A stretch of 63,726 nucleotides of DNA, filler included, from Collodictyon triciliatum (GCA_043381765.1; 16 parts of 16 records of this genome joined end to end with filler, not necessarily neighbours in it); one strand, 5' to 3'. Positions 12,801 to 26,699 are shown, counted from the first letter of the whole stretch. A program made the numbers and translations. The notes: generated by a model from the letters alone, not told the origin.

Positions 12801-15800
12801 ATGTCACAAACAGAGAATCCCTCCGCTGCGGCCGCCCAGGAGTTTTCCCGCTTCAAGGAGAAGGCGTCTGGAGAGAAGCAGATTCCGTACGAAAAGCTCA
12901 TGAAGCTCTTCACCGGTATGACGGACAGACATGATCTTTTTCTGCTCCTTCATCAGAGCAGAGTTTTCCTCTCGCTAATATATTCCATTCTTGTTTGGGG
13001 CATTCGTGTAAAGAATTCGCTATGCTATTGTCCGTGGCCTAAGTGAGGCATTCCGCTGCTGATAACAGCCAAAGCCATTCATTTTCATAAAATACTGTGA
13101 TTTACAGGCAAATACGAAAAGGACTTCCACGAGCGCCAGATAGCAGCCATACACAAGATCGTAAAGAAGAACAGAGATGGATTAATATCCTTAACAACAG
13201 CAGCTCTGCATACAGCACTTTTTATATTAGCATGTCTTCATGCTTGAACTGTAACCCCGAATTGTTGTAATCGCCACAAATAATCCATATCGAATCCTTG
13301 ACCAATGAGCACCCCGTCAGTGATTTGATACACATCGATCCGCTCATTCGATTTATACTTTCAAAAGTTGAAGTGGAAAAAGAGACTATTTTTGTGGAGC
13401 CGCTTTGCCACCTAATCAGGTTTTTTTTTCTGTCTATTTATTACTATGTCATGAAAGCTGCTTCATTTCTTTTGCAAAAAAAAAAAAAAAAATCACTTGG
13501 GATGTATTTAATCGAATCACTGGATTTATCAGATTGTTTACAATTCCGTTGAAAAAATCGCTTGCAAGTGAAGAGCTGAAGTCGGTGATTGCCATCAGTC
13601 AACTCATTAAATTATGTATATTTTTTTATCAAAAAGTACAGAGATCGCAAGCAAATGACGTTGATAATCGTTCTTTTTTTTAAAAAATAAACAAAACAAA
13701 ACAAAACAAAACAAAAAATATGGATGAACATATATAACTGACAGAAATTACTTGGACCACCAAAAATATAGTCGGAACGATTCTTTCATCGGAGCATGAA
13801 GCCCTGGTCCAAGCAGCAAATGATGCAATTTTTCTCAGATATAATACATTCCAATCAGAGAGGAAATTCAATCAGCATTATTGCGATTGTTATCGACTGT
13901 TTTCATTTACTTCATATAATTTTTTAGGCCATTGGAATCTTCGCCAGCGATCCAAACAATGAAAATCCTTTGTCGCAGCAAAACCAATATTCTGGTGCTA
14001 AAGCCAAAGAAAAGGCACCATCCCAAACATTAAAAGAAACAAAAGCATCTCAACAGAGCGCAACTATTCATCAATCAAAGACTGGGCATAACATGCCAAA
14101 GGTAGCTCACCAAACAAGTCCGACCAAAAAACTGATCAGTGATGCCAACGAGGAAGCTAAACATCTAAGTTATCAGTACTTTCCTGCCACATACAACAAT
14201 CAAATCATCGACAATAGTGGTTTGTTCTATTATTATTTTTTTATGTTTTTATGATTCCGATATCAAACTATCATTTTTTAAATATATTTCCTTTTATAAG
14301 TAAATTGTGATTAATTCAATTGCTTCAAGACTTGGATGAATTTTATTCCTCAATAATTTTGTAATGAATGCAAGGTGTCATCCCGCACGTTGCTGCTGCA
14401 TTGAAGATGCATGAAACAGGGTACATATTGCAGCAAATAGCTGTTTCCATACATTATCATAAGCAAAATAATAACAGCGTTATTAATGATATTTCTTTTA
14501 CAGAAAAAGCGAAATTGTGCAAGCACTTCTGGAAACGATATCTACGCTGACAGAGAGAAAAATCAACACTATTGCTTTTCATTCCAGTAAATTCTCGGTT
14601 TAAAAACATTATTAAAAATAGGACTTTAGGGTTTATTTTATTTTATTTACCACCTTAACAATTATGATTATTTAGCATCATTAATGTCTGTGTTAATTCG
14701 TTTACTGAACCGAGATTATCGTGAGTGATTCTTAGATTAAGTATCATAACAGAATGTTGACTATTATTCTAATGAGTAAATAATTTCGGATATGAATAAT
14801 GAGTTAAAATCTGAATGATAATGACAATTGACACTAAGTACCAAACACCAGAGGAAAGAATAGTGTTTCTTACCGTTGAAATTATTTGGAACATATTTGA
14901 ACACAACCCTTTATCGAGGCTAGTAACTCAATCTCTATTTTTTACATAAATTATTAAACCATACATTCCTAGTTCATTACGTTGTGTTTTAAAAGTAAAT
15001 GAATCCTTTAGAACTGATTTTGGATCAAAAGGTGGAATTCTGACGCTGAGAGAGTTATTTATTCGTTGTTTGACAGAGGGATATCGAGTAAAAGACAAAG
15101 AGCTACGAAATGACATCGTGATTGTACGAGCTTGGTTTAATAAATGATGCGGACAATACCATATCATTTTTCTCTATACCTTTTACATTTTCATTCAATA
15201 CTCGTCTCTCAAAAATACCTTTTTTTCAGACTATTTAGCCTAACTGCGGCATTTTTTTTGTTTTGATTCAGCTTTCTAATTTGCTAGCCCAAATTCCGTC
15301 CCAGAGACATGCATTTTTTGAGAGTGTATGCTTTTATTACATTAATCTTTCTTTAACATACTAAGTCCTATTAATTGTTGAGTTATTGGCACGCAATTTT
15401 TATTTTATTTTATTCATTTTCAAAAAAAAAGCTGGTTTTCTCGATTGTATGATAGTCTTAATTGTGTCCATAATTGATTTCATATATTCATGAATATTCC
15501 TTGAGGAAAAGTTTAGTAACTTCACAAATTAGGGATTTTTGGAGACTGCACTTCAAATATGTACCGCCGGGGAGTTGCAAAAACCATACGATATTGTGAA
15601 ACCCTTTACTATTGTGCGTATTTGACAGTATCTCATTCCTTATTTATGGTGTCCAGTTTGCTAAGCCTATTATTTTTATTTTGATGCAATTAGACAAGCA
15701 GTAAAGAGGATTACGAAATGAAGCGTCTTCTCCTATTCTTTATTCAACTGCTTTGTGGACAGGAAGAATGGTTTATACTTATCTTATAATCTCTCCTTTT

Positions 15801-16186
15801 TTATATCAATTTTTTGAATAGAAATGTCTTATCATAAATAGCATCAAGCTGATAAACGGATTCGATCTTGTTGCTGTTTTGCTAATGTACATCAACCACA
15901 CTGCTTCTGCATTGCCACATGTATGATTCATTTTATCCAATTGTTATTATTTTCTTGATTATACTGAAGATGCAACAATAGACTTTCATTTTTTTTCTTG
16001 CTGTAGATATAGTCTTTTCACTTATTTTTTTTCCAAATAAAAGGTCAATAAATACTCGAGACCGCAACTGCAATCACTTCAATTGCACGCCTTAACCATT
16101 CTGGCATATCTTATTCCCTTCAATCCTCGACGTTTTGAGGAGCTAGATGGAAACCATATTCTTTTGACATATATTATGGAGCATAG
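12801..16186 (+). CDS. CFAP69: Cilia- and flagella-associated protein 69, 5' part, ~13 exons
   Basis: The spliced product includes GLPVSDL, LFTIPLKKSLASEE, VEIIWNIFE, GYRVKDKELRNDIVI, SKEDYEMKRLL and QLQSLQLHALTIL, matching CFAP69 motifs as I recall them. Confidence 0.85.
13185..13312 (+). other. U12-type (minor spliceosome) AT-AC intron
   Basis: 5' ATATCCTT at 13185, branch TCCTTGAC at 13295-13302 and 3' AC at 13311-13312. The phase-0 join gives RDGL|PVSDL. Confidence 0.9.
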
Positions 16187-16678
16187 GTGTCTTATTGTTT
16201 TCCATATATGTTTGCAATAAATTTCCTCGTTTTCTTTCTTTTAATACTGAGAAAAAGTATATAAATTTGCGATCGTCTCTCCTCTTTTCTTTTTTTCTTT
16301 TTTTCTTTTTTTCTTTTTTTCTTTTTTTCTTTTTTTCTTTTTTTCTTTTTTTCTTTTTTTCTTTTTTTCTTTTTTCTTTTTTCNNNNNNNNNNNNNNNNN
16401 NNNNNNNNNNNNNNNNNNNNNNNNNNNTTAATTAATTAANNNNNNNNNNNNNNNNNNNNNNNNNNNNNNNNNNNNNNNNNNNNAAGTAAAATAATAATAG
16501 GTATAATATCATATCATATAAAAACTCCAGTAGAATAATTACAATATGTCGACATCTTATTTATATTCCATATTTAGAATATAGACGTCTGTTTTGCCAT
16601 CGACCCAGAAAGGTATCATTCACCCGTTCAGAGTCCGCGTTGTTTCTTTGCAATGCCGCTGCGCCATCCCCTTGGAAT

Positions 16679-16734
<56 letters not shown>

Positions 16735-17413
16735 AGCTTCAAATTACATGTGAATGTGATATCTTTTTATTCTACATACCTAGAATAAAATGATATCAGA
16801 ATGTTACACATCTTACGACATTCTTTGAAATTATTAACACACCTTTTTCTAATACATGCTCATAAACTCTCATTCAAATTGCGTTTGCTTTTTTGCTGTG
16901 AGACTATGAGCTTGTGTCACACGTGAAGCAGATATGGGTTTACAGGAACTCCGTGGCGCTCTGTCTGACAACCCATCGATTTCATATTTTTTTTGATTTG
17001 TGCAATCGAAGCACACCAATCTTTTAAAATGCAACGATATCAGTCTCTGCGCTCAAGACAAGCCGCGTCGCAGCGTCGTTCATTTCTTTCCATCTTTTTC
17101 TTTTCCTGCGCCGATTCATGCAGTTTCCTGCGGATTGACTTAAGAAAGGGATTTCTACTCGTTTCAATCACAAAGAAGGCCTCATCTTTTATGTCTGATT
17201 TCATGAGGGAAATATCCAAAGTATTAATATGTGAAAATGTGTTGGTTCCAGATACAAAATCATATTCAATTATCGATACCATTAATTTATTTTTTACTAA
17301 AGAACTGGGCGCATAGCAAAATTTTCTGACTATCAAAAAAATAAATTAAAAGGCTTAAAATACACTGGCTTGATTTCGATATGTATTTATTTTTCCCTAG
17401 CCTACTGGCCAGA

Positions 17414-20097
17414 TCAGTTCCCATAAAAACGCTGCAAAGCATTCATAACCCTTTCCTTGCCCTCTCTGCTGACCACCAAAATTTTCTCGTTGTCTGTCCA
17501 CAAGAGAGAATTGTTTTCCTTTGCTATTCGGATAATGGCATCCTTATAGCGAGAGTCATTAATCTGGATTAAAACTCCATATGAAGGGGATATCCTTTCA
17601 CGCTCCTTATACCAATATCGAATCTGATCGTAAACAGCTTTCGGCTTGGCGTCCTCAGTCACCTTAGGATGCATGTTCATCTCCAGAAAGTCTACCAACT
17701 ATATTTTTTAAAGATAAAAAATAGTCTATGAATGTTTTTTTTCAAAAGGATTCATTTTTAGTACAATATTAGTTTTTATAGGATTTCAGGAGTGAAACAC
17801 ATCAATTATTTTATGTATTTTCTTGAAAATTAGAGGGCTCATTTATGATTGAAAAGAAATGTAGATGAAGAGCGAAATAAATTACAAAAATATAAAGGGA
17901 AACGAATAAAGGCACTTAAAAAAAAAAACCGAACTTGTTGCGCAGTTATTCCTTCGTCGAAGGCGCGATTGACGCTTTTTCTTGTAATCATACCGACAAC
18001 AAGGTTTTGAAAGCGATATTGGAGCTTACAGAATCTTACGATAACGCGTATCTGCAAGTCAGAGTTGGTATACGCATATATTTTGTGATTTGTCTCTACC
18101 ACTAGATAACCCTCCGTTCGTTTCCTAGTTAGAACATCTGAGCACAGATTCACAGCCAAGCTTGAAGGGTAATACCGTGATGTTTTTTCCTTAACAAAAT
18201 AATAAAAATAAAAATAAACCTTAAGATTATTTTTCAGCCATGCACTCTTCTTCAAAGGCATATAATGAAAATTACCCTGCTCTGGTAAATGAGACCAAAC
18301 TGCCGGAAGTCATCAACGATAGTCAGATCTTCCTCGCTAAGACTCTTTCGATCATAATCCTGCTTTCAAAGACTTTGAGAATCAAAAGTCCAGAATCCTT
18401 CATTGTTGTGTATTTGATGTGAATAATTCAAGGTTTGATTCAAAGGGGTCGAAGTTACAACCTTTCCAGCATTCATGAATGTAAATCTAAACAAGAGCTT
18501 GATAACGTTCTGTCGAGGAATTCTTCTAAACTGCAGATATATTTGCATTTATTTCTTTGAGGTTAGAACAAACGGAAGGCGGGGGAACACATTCTCCTTC
18601 AGAAAAATGAGCGTACCCAAAATTGATTATTATTTTTTTTATTCTTCCTTTCAATTTTGTGCAGGATGGTGAAAGCGTACCCAAAATTGATATTTAAGAT
18701 AGGTAATTAGAAGAACTTTATTATATTCGTTGTTTTTNNNNNNNNNNNNNNNNNNNNNNNNNNNNNNNNNNNNNNNNNNNNNNNNNNNNNNNNNNNNNNN
18801 NNNNNNNNNNNNNNNNNNNNNNNNNNNNNNNNNNNNNNNNNNNNNNNNNNNNNNNNNNNNNNNNNNNNNNNNNNNNNNNNNNNNNNNNNNNNNNNNNNNN
18901 NNNNNNNNNNNNNNNNNNNNNNNNNNNNNNNNNNNNNNNNNNNNNNNNNNNNNNNNNNNNNNNNNNNNNNNNNNNNNNNNNNNNNNNNNNNNNNNNNNNN
19001 NNNNNNNNNNNNNNNNNNNNNNNNNNNNNNNNNNNNNNNNNNNNNNNNNNNNNNNNNNNNNNNNNNNNNNNNNNNNNNNNNNNNNNNNNNNNNNNNNNNN
19101 NNNNNNNNNNNNNNNNNNNNNNNNNNNNNNNNNNNNNNNNNNNNNNNNNNNNNNNNNNNNNNNNNNNNNNNNNNNNNNNNNNNNNNNNNNNNNNNNNNNN
19201 NNNNNNNNNNNNNNNNNNNNNNNNNNNNNNNNNNNNNNNNNNNNNNNNNNNNNNNNNNNNNNNNNNNNNNNNNNNNNNNNNNNNNNNNNNNNNNNNNNNN
19301 NNAAAAAAAGAAGCAGAGGCTACCTCTTCCCATTTGCTCTTTGCATTATCCTCTATATCTTTCAGAAGAACCTCTTCCCTGCCAACACCTAATTGTTGCC
19401 GGCTCTCCTCTTTTGTTTCTCTATTTATATATTGTTTCATGATATTAACAAACACAACGCTCATGAGGATGGGGCATGAAACAATATTTTAGCTGTTTTT
19501 TTTTATTTTGATAAAAAGAGAGTGATCATTTCATGTATATGCCCAGATTATTACCCAGTAACCACTCTTTGCATATTAACTCTGAAGTTCTCTTGAAGAA
19601 GCAACGTCCTTGTATAATTATGGAGACGAAAAATCAGTCACTAACCGTGTTAAAGTGTGGAAAGAACATCTTTTTCATTCCTCTAAAAAAAAAAAAGTTA
19701 ATAGATAAACAAATCAATAAAGATAGAGAGGAAAAGAATTCCTCAAACCTGTCGGCATTTACTTGCATGACTCGTAAACGCACCATTTTCTCAATACTTT
19801 CGTCCACTTCTCTACTATACTCTGGGATGACCCATGAGGCAACATCCTCGACTTTTAATGACCGCCCTCGCTCAAAGAATAGAAAGCGCAGCAGGAACTG
19901 CTTCGAAGACTCTGGCAAGGAACTTTTGGGAAGAGAAGAGCGAAGGGGAGCTGTGAGGCGGGGTACAAGATATAACGTGTTGGGGACAGTCCATACCGAA
20001 ATACAGCCATGCAAACGTAGAGATCTTCATAAAGAGTGTCGATCCAAGCAGGAGGCTGCTCTGATATGTAGTTGAAGATGATTTCCGATCTGTCCAT
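17414..20097 (-). CDS. GTF2H4: TFIIH subunit p52/Tfb2, spanning an internal N gap
   Basis: TLYED..CMAVFRSLP, DDFRQFGLIYQ, RYYPSSLAVNL, GYLVVETNHKIYAYTNSDLQ, GITAQQVVDFLEMNMHP, DQIRYW. Confidence 0.93.
18628..18673 (-). mobile_element. Mini-retroposon copy with an 18-bp TSD, in a p52 intron
   Basis: AGCGTACCCAAAATTGAT at 18610-18627 and 18674-18691 flanks T-run + ATTCTTCCTTTCAATTTTGTGCAGGATGGTG. Confidence 0.85.
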
Positions 20098-20797
20098 CTA
20101 TGAGACGTGTGTTTTAGTAGCAAAACCCCAGAAGGACAGACCGAAGTTGCGCACTCCCACAGGAAACGTGACAAAGCGCATCGGAGGAGCGACAGCAAAG
20201 ATTTATAGAATATGGTCAGGGTTTAGAGTCTTTTTTTTACGTATCTTTTTTTTTTTAAAAAAAAAAAACCTAAGTGATTATATTAATAATTTCTTCCTCG
20301 TCGATTCTATAGCCCACTTGATTGTTTGAACGCGCTGGGAGGTATCGTTATAAAGCCTCTTTTTTTCTTTTTTTTCTTTTTTTCTTTTTTTCCTTTTTTC
20401 CTTTTTCTTTTTTTCTTTTTTTCTTTTTTTCTTTTTTTCTTTTTTTCTTTTTTTCTTTTTTTTCTTTTTTTCTTTTTTTCTTTTTTTCTTTTTTTCTTTT
20501 TTNNNNNNNNNNNNNNNNNNNNNNNNNNNNNNNNNNNNNNNNNNNNTTAATTAATTAANNNNNNNNNNNNNNNNNNNNNNNNNNNNNNNNNNNNNNNNNN
20601 NNAAAAAGACAAAAAGACAAAAAGACAAAAAGACAAAAAGACAAAAAGACAAAAAGACAAAAAGACAAAAAGACAAAAAGACAAAAAGACAAAAAGACAA
20701 AAAGACAAATAGTTCAATTGGCAAAGTTTGTCTTCTGATTCGCTGGTGATGTCTTCTGTTCCGTCCACACCCGCTCGCTCTGTTAAGGCAACCGATC

Positions 20798-21345
20798 ATG
20801 GCTCTCCTGATCACTTCTCCCCAGGTATATCACTTGCTTTCCCTTAAAACTTTGACGTTTGTCGTTTGGGCTCTGAGCTCAGCTTCTTGCATACAACTTC
20901 ACATAATTGTCAAGTAGAATATAAGACGATTCTGTGATTTCTAGGTGGAGGAGAAGTTGTTGATATCAGTCCCCAGGGTTTAGTTGCAAAGGTTGTCATG
21001 TTGGGAGACTCTGGTTTTTTTTTTAATCAATTATGAATTATGAAATATGAATTACCGCCGTTACTGCGCCATTAATAATGACATATGTCATTCATATATA
21101 TATATATATCTTATCTAAAGTTTCAGCATACTGAATGCCACAAAACACCACTAATCGCGCTTCGAACTTTACAGGGGTTGGAAAGACAAGCATTGTTATG
21201 AGATATGTCGATGCTAGTTTCTCTGATTCTGTAAAAACTACGATAGGCGCTTCTTTTTTCACGAAAAAATTGTAATATGATGATATATTTTTAATTCTCA
21301 TTCAGTTCAATAATAAATATGTGAGTGTTAATGTCATAACTATTT

Positions 21346-21396
<51 letters not shown>

Positions 21397-22402
21397 TGCA
21401 ACAAAGCAACATTGATGGCGTTAAGATTAAACTTCAGCTATGGGATACTGCTGGACAAGAGAGGTTAGAATTTTTCAATTTACTTTTAGTTCTGTTGAAT
21501 TACTTGACAGATGGATATGATTACTTTCCTTTTGCATCTCACTCATTCTACGTATGATTACTTGTATTGTGTTATTTTTTTGCTTAATTTTGCTCACTTT
21601 ACCTTTTTCCTATCTCTAAATCATATTACAGATTTCGTTCTTTGGTGAGTATTAATTAATATGCTGCTGTCCTTACATATTTCGATTTTTCACGGGTCTT
21701 TATCTATTATTATTGGTTATAACTGTGCGAATACTTGATGTTTGGCAGACCCCGATGTTTTATCGAGGCTCCTCAGCTGCTGTACTTGTCTTCGATATAA
21801 CAAATGAGGACAGCTTTGAAAAATTGAAGAACTGGGTGAAGGAGCTCCGAACGAATGTTGATGAATCTCTTGGTAACACATATGTAAAGAAATATAAAAA
21901 AAAATAATGTTTTCTCTCTTGGATGAATAGATAAGCGAATCATGTACACGAATAATCAAAAGATATGACTTTTTATAAAAAGTTCTTGCAATTGCGGCCA
22001 ATAAAGCGGATTTGAGAGCAAACAAACGAATTTCTACTCGAGTCGTCACGGGTAAATGATGGAATTTTTTTAAGAAAGAATCTCGATTCTTACAGTATTT
22101 TTATTTGAAAATCTAAGTGACCCATGCGGCACTCAAACATTACACAACACAGCATTTTCACTTTTTTTTCCTTTACAAACGAATACATAGAATATGCCGA
22201 ATCGATCCGAGCTGCAGTCTTTGAAACATCTGCTAAAGATGACACGGGCATTACCGATATGTTTACTGCCATAGCTCGACAGCTGCTTCAGGTTTACCGC
22301 ACTGATGGCGGAGCATTCATCTCTACCCAAAAGTCTCGCGTGATTTCTCAGTCCTCGAAGGTTGAACCAGATACTCCCGAAGCATCTGGTTGCTCCTGTT
22401 AA
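20798..22402 (+). CDS. Rab GTPase, Rab5/21/22 group, 8 exons
   Basis: [45 protein letters not shown] and a C-terminal GCSC prenylation motif. Confidence 0.92.
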
Positions 22403-22953
22403 AAAAAAAAAAATTATTACAGGAGAGGGAGGTCAATCGACCATACGTTTCTTACACTCACTCAATCTCGCCTCGTCCTGACATCTACACTCCACATCTT
22501 TTCAAACCCTCGTCATATTCAAACATAGAAATGATTTACTTAAATGGGGTTCCCTCCTATCTCCCACTACATCCAATTCTTTTCACTATATATATAAATC
22601 GAATTCAAGAGAATTTCATTCGCTAATTTCACTATTACTGGCATTAAATATTTACAGATAGGAAAAAAGGCGAACGAAAAAGAAAAAGAAAAAAATGAAA
22701 AAGAAAAATGAAAAAAAAAAAAAAAAAAGGAAAGAAGATCCCCCAACCAAATATTCGTTTCATATCTTAAACATTTTCATTACAGAGTTTCCCTTTCTTC
22801 ATGGGAATTAGTAGCATATTCGTAGTTTTTTTTTTAATTTCATTTCCAACTGTCTTAATGCAAAGATTGAAGGAAAGAGAGAAAAAACAAACAAACAAGA
22901 AACACCCCAATTATTTGTCTTCATTTTCGGCCAATCAGCACATAACGAAACAA

Positions 22954-24396
22954 TTAAAAACGCAAGACACTCCGAGCAGACATGGAAACCACATAGAACT
23001 CGCCAGTCGGGGCAAATCGGATTCCAACTGGGCGCTCAACAAATATCTTGTGCACGACCGAGCCATCTCGCGCATAGAAAATAACCTCGTTTGATCCGCA
23101 ATCGGACACAGCAAATCCACCATCGGCACTTCTGCACAACGTGTTACCATGCGTATTTGAGGTAGGCTGAATTGGAATGGTCCCAAGCGCCCGGCCATCC
23201 AAGCGCATCACCTGAATCCGATTTCCTCCGCGACCCAATAGATACAAGACAGAGTCCATGGTCCCATCTGATGTGTTCGCTTTTACGTTCGATAGAGACC
23301 CTTGTTTGCTTTCGAAACTGTGCTCATGTGTGACCATAATCCCGCGCGGATTCCTCACTGAACCGGTGACCGGGGGCGCAGGCGTGGTCCATACATGACG
23401 CCCGTCAAATGAGAATTTTTGGATCCGGGTGTTTCTTCTCCATTCCGACACGTACACAAACCCACCGGTGTCTAGAGCGATATGCTCCGGCTCGTAGAGA
23501 TCCCCGGGATAGCAACCACTTCGACAAATGCTCCGCACGTGAGACACAGCAAGTTTTCGGCTCATTTCGCTGCGTTTGGGGCCATGCTTTCCTCTTGCTG
23601 GTTCGGTCATGGAATCGGGTGTTGCCCTGGCCGAGGAAAGATTGGCGCCCGAATCACTTTGATTCCTTGGGATGGAGTCATCCTGTTCCTCCAAGACATT
23701 CAATACCTTTGTTGAGTACAGGTGGATTTGGCCCATATCGTAGTCTGAAACAGCAGCAATTCCATCTATAGAGATATCAATCCCACGCGGCGATCCGATG
23801 TACGAGTTGTCTCCTGGATCAGGGAATCGCATTTCGTGATGCAAGCTTAAAGGACTCAGCACATGGATGCATCTCAAACCTGCATCTGCTACAAAGATGT
23901 GATTGGTGATGGGGTGAAGGGCAAGCCCAAAAGGTGACGATGAAGACGAAGCTGAGCCCTGAAACGAATTGCTGGTAACAAGAGGGCGACGCATCTCTGA
24001 CACGTTTCTATCAATTCTAGGTAGTTTATCAGAGACCCACGAAGGGTTATCTTGAGTGAACCTGACTTCTCCATGAACACTTGGATAGAGAGTCTTTGGA
24101 AAATGGAGGAAAATAGGTCGAATCTTAGTCGACTGGAGCTGGAGGTTGTATTCATCATCTCCTTCGAACGAAATATATCTCTTCAAATCCAAATATATCT
24201 TCAGGAATGAAAAAGCCTTGCAAAGGGAACGCAAACATATTGAAGATCTCTGCAATCCATCACGACATGGGTTTAGTGTCACTTTCGTGAGAGTACTGTT
24301 TAATGAACGGAAGAAGTTTTGTTTAGTTTGATATTCTTGGGCCTCCATACTGAGCGGCTTTGTTTGTGAGAAATGGAACCTATTTGACTTAATCAT
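22954..24396 (-). CDS. NHL-repeat beta-propeller protein
   Basis: 480-aa ORF with SPFGLAL..IFVAD, SPRGIDI..AVSD and EPEHIALD.GGFVYVSE...RIQKF repeats. The start may lie upstream. Confidence 0.7.
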   Translation of the reverse strand: MIKSNRFHFSQTKPLSMEAQEYQTKQNFFRSLNSTLTKVTLNPCRDGLQRSSICLRSLCKAFSFLKIYLDLKRYISFEGDDEYNLQLQSTKIRPIFLHFPKTLYPSVHGEVRFTQDNPSWVSDKLPRIDRNVSEMRRPLVTSNSFQGSASSSSSPFGLALHPITNHIFVADAGLRCIHVLSPLSLHHEMRFPDPGDNSYIGSPRGIDISIDGIAAVSDYDMGQIHLYSTKVLNVLEEQDDSIPRNQSDSGANLSSARATPDSMTEPARGKHGPKRSEMSRKLAVSHVRSICRSGCYPGDLYEPEHIALDTGGFVYVSEWRRNTRIQKFSFDGRHVWTTPAPPVTGSVRNPRGIMVTHEHSFESKQGSLSNVKANTSDGTMDSVLYLLGRGGNRIQVMRLDGRALGTIPIQPTSNTHGNTLCRSADGGFAVSDCGSNEVIFYARDGSVVHKIFVERPVGIRFAPTGEFYVVSMSARSVLRF

Positions 24397-24441
24397 ATAT
24401 GGCAGAAAATTAGATATTGTATTTTGATTTTTATGAGCACT

Positions 24442-24621
<180 letters not shown>

Positions 24622-24794
24622 NNNNNNNNNNNNNNNNNNNNNNNNNNNNNNNNNNNNNNNNNNNNTTAATTAATTAANNNNNNNNNNNNNNNNNNNNNNN
24701 NNNNNNNNNNNNNNNNNNNNNTTGTTTTTTGTTTTTTGTTTTTTGTTTTTTGTTTTTTGTTTTTTGTTTTTTGTTTTTTGTTTTTGTTTGCCTT

Positions 24795-26210
24795 TAATCA
24801 TGTCGAGAAAGTTTACTTGAGTATATGCCAAATCTATCCGATGCACTCATGTCGAGTCTGTTAAGTTTAGTTCCTTCCATACTTATATGAATCAGGATAC
24901 AGGACTCGGCTATTTCCAGTAAATCTTTAGTGTCTTTTTCGACCTTCTTGAAAGAGTCCTCAGTTATTATGGACAAAAGAACCTCTTGAGCCTCATTTTT
25001 TTCGGCATTTATATCGATGATACTCTGAATACAAGAATTGATTTGTTAGTCCAGAATCGAGAACTGTGCTGGATTACTAATAATCAGGACATAGCGGAAC
25101 GGAGAATGAAGAAATAATATAATGCATATTTAGGGACATCTTCGTCAAATAATAATACCCTTGATGTGACTTGTTGAAATAGAAATTCTTGTCTGGAGGT
25201 GTAGTCTCTAGCAACAAGGGACATCCAAGCCAGGAATAGGTGAACCGAATACGTTCTCAGTATATAGAATATTGTGTCCACAAGGGTTGCCGGTCTGATA
25301 ACAAATTTTAGAATAATTAAAGCATATCAGCTAAGATAATATGTATTGCCTATTACGATTAACTAAACGGTTCTTTACTTAAATTGCAGCACTGGTGGAA
25401 TGTGAAAAAAAATTGAGATAAAAAATTCAAGAATGACAAAGCTCGAGTACTCATAGGAAAATCCAGCATAGGGAATCAATACCCACCCAATCGTGGTATA
25501 GTACATTACGTTCAGAACCGCACCGCACACAAACCACAAGGTCAAGGGGGCGACAAACCATATCGGGGCTATTGCAACTGTCGAAACTGCAAAGGCAATC
25601 CAATCAAATGTCTCCGCATAGAAGTAATATATTGTCCACAGACTGGTTTTTTGGATATAGTCATGGTCAAAGAAGACGAATGCGGTGCGAATCAGTAAAA
25701 AGATCAAGTATAGCAGTCCAGCAAAATATGGGAGCACCCAAAGATTGAACCCAGAATAATCTCCCCGACAGTACTTTGAACTTTGTGGTATATATGGAAT
25801 ACAACACAACAACAGCAGAGGCACAACAAAAATATATCGGAAGCATATGAAAAACTCTGATAGAAAGTGAATCTCAATTCCAACTTCAGAGTATAATGTC
25901 CAGTCTGTAACACCCGCCATGATAGAGCTAGCCGTGAGGATAAACATAACATATCTAATCGCAAATATTTTCGATGGAATTGAGCAAGAGTGTACAAATC
26001 ATCGATTTTTTGAAGAAAAAAAGTAATAATTTCTTGGAAATTAATCAAACCCTTTGAACTACATTTTCTCACAAGAAAGATATGTCACCTGGTTACTTGC
26101 CAATTATCTTCTGAGTAAAGAGACTTTTGATACTGCATTTCTGCAATTGAATCAATGAACCGAAAATCGCCGATAAACTTTAAAAGAGGATGTGACTTTG
26201 ATAGTCTCTG
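24795..26210 (-). CDS. Multi-pass membrane protein of unknown function, spliced
   Basis: A long hydrophobic ORF at 25375-25947 plus downstream exon-like ORFs ending in TAA at ~24794. Confidence 0.45.
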
Positions 26211-26699
26211 AATTTCGTGACTCACAATTTCATTCTAAGATACACGCAACAAATCAAAAGGTGATAAGGAAGATAATTTATTGATTTACCCCCATTTAAC
26301 AAATAGATGCATATATCATTATGTAAACAAGTTATTGTGTTTTTTACTGCATCAAGCTATGTTGAAAGTATATAAATAAATTTAGTTACGATTGATACCC
26401 TGTATTCTTTACTGGGGTCTCCTAGGATACTTTTGTTCTTTCCTGTTACTTCAATGTCTAGTGATAGCCTTCTGGATTTTTCTCTGGCTTTTAAATTCCA
26501 AATGCGAAGGTATTGATTGCCTGATTGTTTGTATTCTAACGAAAATTCCGACTATTACAGAGTTTATATGTAATAATCAGTTTCTGGCGAGTTTCGTTCA
26601 ACAAAAACTCGTTTTAAATATCAAGAATCAACTTGAAGCATGCCTATAGTAGTTATTAATTTTTTGCAGTAAGTTACGATGAAACAATATGAAAAAATA

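Noticed and set aside
18187-18195. TTCCTTAAC as a U12 branch site
   Set aside because: It is on the strand opposite p52 and is the reverse complement of an ordinary AG acceptor junction.
18628-18673. Mini-element as a spliced-leader or Sm snRNA gene (AATTTTG Sm-like motif) or an introner
   Set aside because: The poly(A)/TSD geometry fits retroposition, and copies sit inside introns rather than defining their ends.
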